A stretch of DNA of 64,000 nucleotides, from assembly GCA_907165135.1 (NCBI GenBank), contig OU015567.1:8866001-8930000 (forward strand). Reading direction: 5' to 3'. The translations under genes were made by a program, and so were the position numbers. The notes under the pieces are model-generated. The model had not been told where the DNA came from. It worked only from the letters and a program-made list of their open reading frames with translations, and did not search any database. This document shows positions 59,001 to 64,000 of this stretch, in pieces. Positions within the stretch are counted from its first letter, which is position 1. Each line of letters opens with the position of its first letter. The DNA is from Oikopleura dioica. Lineage: Eukaryota; Animalia; Chordata.

Positions 59001-62000
59001 CGTGAGAATATGTCTCATTCGTTCTTAGGCCATCGCAATCAAACGTAGGGCTAAATGGATCTGTGCTATTGTCATCATTTGGTGCTGGAAGATATGCTCC
59101 TTCAACGCATACAAAGCCCTTCTCGCAGCGTGTCTCAGTTATACTCTCAACATCACCAGAATCACCAAATCGGCAGTAATATCCAGCTGGGCAGGGCTTG
59201 CATTCATCAACTGAAACAGCTCCAGCTTTGCTTGATCTTGACGTTCCTCTTGGACATGGATGATAACCAGAAGATCCCGCCTCACAATAGGCACCTCCGG
59301 GACACTCTTCTTCGAATTTACTGATAGAACCAGCTGGACAGTAGTATCCTTCCTCGCAGAGTTTTTCAGTCGGATCGTCATTTGTCTTTCCGTCACCTGT
59401 AGAATGGCCTTCACTCGGACAGTAGTAACCACCCCAGCAAGGTGTGCACTCAGTTGGATCAGTTGCACCAAGAACTCCGTTGTAACTTCCAGGTTCACAC
59501 ATGGTCTCGGAATAGTCACCTGTTTCTGGAGGGCAATAGAAGCCAGCTGGGCAAAGCGCAGGAACAACAACTCCAGTTTCACCTGAGCCATCGTTGTTCA
59601 CATAGCAGTAAAAGCCAGCGGGGCATTTCTTACAGTTTGCCTGACCTCTTTGATCTTGATATACACCACCATCAGAGTCGCCAGCTTCGACGTTGCACGC
59701 AATTGGCATTTCACTACCTTCTGGGCACATAAATCCTTCGGGACAAACGAGTTGATTTCCTCGGTCGCTTCCAGCAGGGCAGTAGTAACCAGCCAAACAA
59801 GGTTGCATAGTATCTGGAGTGTTTCCATATCCAGGACAGAAGAAACCCTCGGTACATTGTTCGCAGTCGCCTTCGTCTGAGAGACCTTCTTGAGGTCCGT
59901 AATGACCCGGTGGACAAAAAACTGGATGCGATGTTGCTGGTTCACAATAACTACCGATAGGACAACTGATAGCGTCTGATGATACACGCATTCCGGTTGG
60001 GCAGAAAAGTCCTGGTGGACAGGGATTCTCTGTGAAATTTTCGATTCCCCCTTCAGAGCAGTCGTATCCAGCTGGGCAACGAATAGGAGAAGCACCAGCA
60101 TTATTCTCTGGTAAGTTTGGACAATAGAATCCTTGAGGACATAGTTGCTCGATTGCAGATCCTTTTGGACAATAATGTCGCGCTGAGCAAAGGTTATCCG
60201 CTGTGACATCAGACATTCCTGAGTTAGGGCAGACGTATCCTCTTAGACACGGAAAGCAATCCAATTCTTTTGATATTCCATATGGTCGCGGATTATATGT
60301 TCCTGGTTCGCAAGGAATTTGTATGAGACCACCAGTGCAAATATATCCTGGTTCGCAAGCGTAATCCTCAATATCAATAATACCAGAATCATTGCAAGCA
60401 TAACCATCAGGACATTCGATACATTCACTTGCTTTTCCATGTGGCATGTAAGATCCTGGGTCACAAGGAGTTTGCCTTGCACCGTCGCACCAATGTCCAG
60501 GCTCACACTCAGCTGATGATGAGGAAGGAAGGCAGGCAGTAAAATTAGCGGTATCAAATGGATATTCAGCAAAGCCACCACTGTTGCAAACAAAGCCACC
60601 AGCACAATCGCCAGTTGTGTCCCAAGGTTCTGCACCGTCACAATATTTACCCAATGGGCATTCAAGGCATTCACTATTTCCTTCTCGAATTTTATATGTT
60701 CCTTTCGGGCACTTTTTGAGTGGTTCATCCTCGGAAGCCATTTTGCAAGTAAAACCTTTGGGACAAGGAAGAGTTCCACCTTCGCGAGGATCACAGAACT
60801 TTCCATCTGGGCACTTTTGACAGTCGGGCTGACCGGTCTCCTTGTTATAAAATCCTGGTTTACAATCTTGTTCATCTGCTGACCCTTCTGGGCATTGCAT
60901 TGTTCTCCCGCACTTATTCCTAGCTGATTTGCTTCCAGCTGGGCAATAATAACCTTCTGTACATTCTTCACTCACGTCGGTTTGTCCGTCGGTCTCACAA
61001 TAAAATCCAGGAGTACATTCTGTGCAGGAAGGATCGTCGTTGTATTCTGCGGCATTGTAGGAGCCCTTTTTGCATGGACTCTTAGAAGTTGAAGTGCTTC
61101 CTTTTTCGCAGTAATGACCTGCTTCACAAGGATTTTGATCGAAAGGAAGAGACGGTGGCGCTAGCTCCAGAGGATCAAATGAACTTCCAAATTCATCTAT
61201 AGCTCCATACAACCTTGTTGAACCTTTGATATCACAGTTGAACTTTGCTGCGCATTCAGTTGTAGCATTTGGTTTTATATCAATTCCAGTTTCACCGCAA
61301 AAGTGGCCAGCCGAACATGGATAACAATCATCCTCGTTCTCAGCACCACGTCGATCTCGATAAGTTCCAAGAGGACATTTGATGGGATAAGTTATTTTCG
61401 AAACATCAGTATTATCGCAGAAAGTTCCGGGCTCACATCGACCTGTCAAAAGGAAGCCTCCAAGCTTAGTCGTTGATGGATTTCTTTTTGTTGCACCAGA
61501 AATGCAGGTGTATCCACTCTCACAATCTTCCATGTCAGCTATCGCAGCAATACCTCTATCAGGACAAGCTTTGCCATTTGGACATCTATCGCAGGAACTG
61601 ACATTAACTTGCGCTTGAAGACCTAGCCAGGCGCCTTTCGGACACAAGGTCTGTTTAGCATTAGCGCAGTAGCTACCTTCTGGACATGGATCTGCAAACG
61701 GATCAGTGAAGTTTTTCACGCAGAGGAAACCATCAAGGCACATTTCGCATTCTGTCTGACCCTGTGATGGCTGGAAAGTGCCTTCAGAGCATTCTTTAGC
61801 TTCTGAACTGTCATCTGGACATTTTGACCCCGCAGGACATTGTTTGAAATCTGGTCGGTCCGCTTCTTTATCACAGTAGTATCCACCAAGACATGGGGTG
61901 TCGATATTGTTCAATGTGCCGCCGAGGCCAACTGCATCACAAACTTCATTTTCACATGGAGTGCACCCATCGATACTATCTTCAGATATGCCAAAGTTTG

Positions 62001-64000
62001 ACGTGCCTCTATTACAGCTGATCGGATATCTGGAGATAGTCGCATTACAGAAGTGACCCTCAGGACATGGAAGAATGACAGATCCTATCTTGCATGCATC
62101 TCCTGCGCCGCAATCAACAGCATTTGTTCCATCACACTCATAACCTGGCGGGCAAGCGGTAGGAAAACGCGATCCCGACGGACAGAATGATCCAACAGAG
62201 CAACTTTCTTTAGAAATATCCGTGTTTCCACCTGCACAGTAGAAGCCGGCATCACAATCAAGAGCATTGGAAGTATCGATTGCTCCTTCTTCTGGACAAA
62301 TTTTACCAGCAGGGCATGGGATGCAATCCTCAAGAGAACCTCCAGTCGTGTAGCTATTATAGGTTCCAGCAGGACAAAGAAGAGCTCCAGCGCTAGTACA
62401 ATATTTTCCTTCTTCACAGTCTGTCACATTATCACCGCCATTACACTTGTAGCCTTTGTTACACGGAGAGCATTGAGTTGAACCGACTTCGATAGAAAAT
62501 TGATTTTCTGGACATTCAAATGTAACTCCATTATTGCAAGCATTTCCTGCTGGGCAAGCTTCTTGAGCTTCAACTCTACTTCCCTCTGGGCAGTAGCTTC
62601 CATCGCCACAATTCTCCAGGTTATCTGTTCCTTGACCTGGGATGTTGCAATAAGACCCTTCAGGACATGGTTTGCAATCATCGGCTTGAGCTGCTCCTTG
62701 TGATGGGCCATATTTTCCAACAGGGCATAGATTTTGACCCCCAGGCGGATCTGAAATAGCACCATAACCAGGACAGTACTTTCCGTAAGGACATGTTTCT
62801 CTGATCGATTTTCTCTGCCCGTTCGAGTCAGCATCTGCGTAGAAGCAAGTAAAACCGCTTTCACAGGGATCACAACTTGCTTGCCCTGGTCCAGAATAAT
62901 GAATAGGCTCACATTCCAAATAGATTGAACTTCCGACGGGACATCTGAAACCTGTCGGACATTGTCTTTCAGTTCCTCTTGACGATCCTTTTGGACAGTA
63001 GTATCCTGGATTGCATACATACGATGAGCTTATGTCTGAAAAACTAGCAAGAGGTGGATCCCCATCAACGCGTTGTGGGCAATAATATCCCTCTGGACAA
63101 TCGTAGCATTCATCCGCTGATTTGAGTCCGAGACGATCAGTCCAAGTTCCTTCAGGACAATGCGCTTTTCCGACACCAGGCGCGCAGAAATATCCAGCTG
63201 GGCATCTCACAGTAGCATTCGCACAATCGTAGCCTGCCGGACACTGGCTATCAGCAGTCATTGCTTCATATGGACAATCTCCTGTACAATCGATGCAGTC
63301 ATTTTCAGTTTTGGCACCTTGAGATGGATTATAGGTTCCCGGAGGACATGGTTTTCGTTGATTTCCATCTTCACAGAAGTATCCAGCGGGACAGATAGCG
63401 GCATCATCGATGTATCTACCGGATGGCTGAGCAGCATCACCAAGCTGTGTGCAGAAGTATCCAGGCTCACATTCATTGGTTGTATTGAGTATGCCGGTTC
63501 GATCGCAGAAGTAACCTTCTGGGCAAGTAAAACAGTCCTCTTCGGTGACGCCATATTTAAGATCTCTGTAATAGCCAAGATTTGAGCTTCCACAAGTATT
63601 TTCTTCGCCGTTCTGACAGTATTTGCCTTCATCACAAGGCTCTGGAATAATTTGCTGATTATCACACATGAAAGCATCGGGGCAATCAATGCACTCGCTA
63701 GATCCTTCAGTTGGAGAATACGTTTTAGCATCGCATGCTTCTTTTTCTCCGGTGTTACTGCAGAAACTTCCCGGCGGACAAATGATTGAAGTTGCTTCGT
63801 AATTCGGCTGAGAATCAGGACAGTAGTAGCCGTCATCACAGATGCTTGAAGAACTTTGAGTTGTGCCGACACCTGGACAATATCGTCCATTACCACAGTT
63901 TTTACAGGCGACTGACTCATCTGATTGATTGAACTGGTCATTATATGTTCCCATATTACACGGTTGCGGGTAGACTTCAGTGGAATTACAGAAATGACCT
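50064..64000 (-). CDS. Giant type-I membrane protein: dozens of GCC2/GCC3 (ephrin-receptor-like) Cys-rich repeats, single TM, long cytoplasmic coiled coil; 5' end lies beyond the window
   Basis: Frame is open from the window end to 51312; repeated CPAG(Y/F)YC / CPEGTY motifs; TM WIFIFSFIGLLLFIILLCLFIYWL near 55735-55805; introns 51263-51311 and 50281-50322; stop at 50064. Confidence 0.9.

Noticed and set aside
51375-63941. Numerous short ORFs in other frames or strands within the giant gene
   Set aside because: Shadow ORFs of a long coding exon; none shows independent motifs.

Overview
Compact eukaryotic genomic DNA with 40-50 nt introns, intergenic gaps of about 100-300 bp and many start codons directly after a TTAG/TCAG acceptor. 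This architecture and the retroelement type suggest the larvacean tunicate Oikopleura dioica (inference, not verified). Recognisable genes are POLR2J/RPB11, PACS, a 3-RRM RNA-binding protein, a catalytically dead trypsin-like protein, DLST, EMC2, MEMO1, CTU1, six tandem LITAF-domain paralogues with JKAMP in their midst, MOB4, a CAP-Gly protein, two tandem coiled-coil/RING genes, and the 3' 14 kb of a giant Cys-rich single-pass membrane protein. The sixth LITAF gene is split by a full-length, very recent 8.2-kb Ty3/Gypsy LTR retrotransposon: identical 302-bp LTRs with TG...TA ends, GAAA target duplication, tRNA-Leu-type PBS, and an A_AAA_AAC -1 frameshift site with a hairpin. The most unusual feature is this element's third ORF. 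It does not look like env: it contains a small intron, starts directly after a host-style splice acceptor, and encodes an acidic / helical / Trp-spaced low-complexity / coiled-coil / RG-rich protein. Gag has no zinc knuckle, and the integrase tail carries a candidate ubiquitin-binding (MIU-like) motif. An 859-bp MITE-like element packed with CCAATTGG palindromes is also present. No rRNA, tRNA or CRISPR array was seen.
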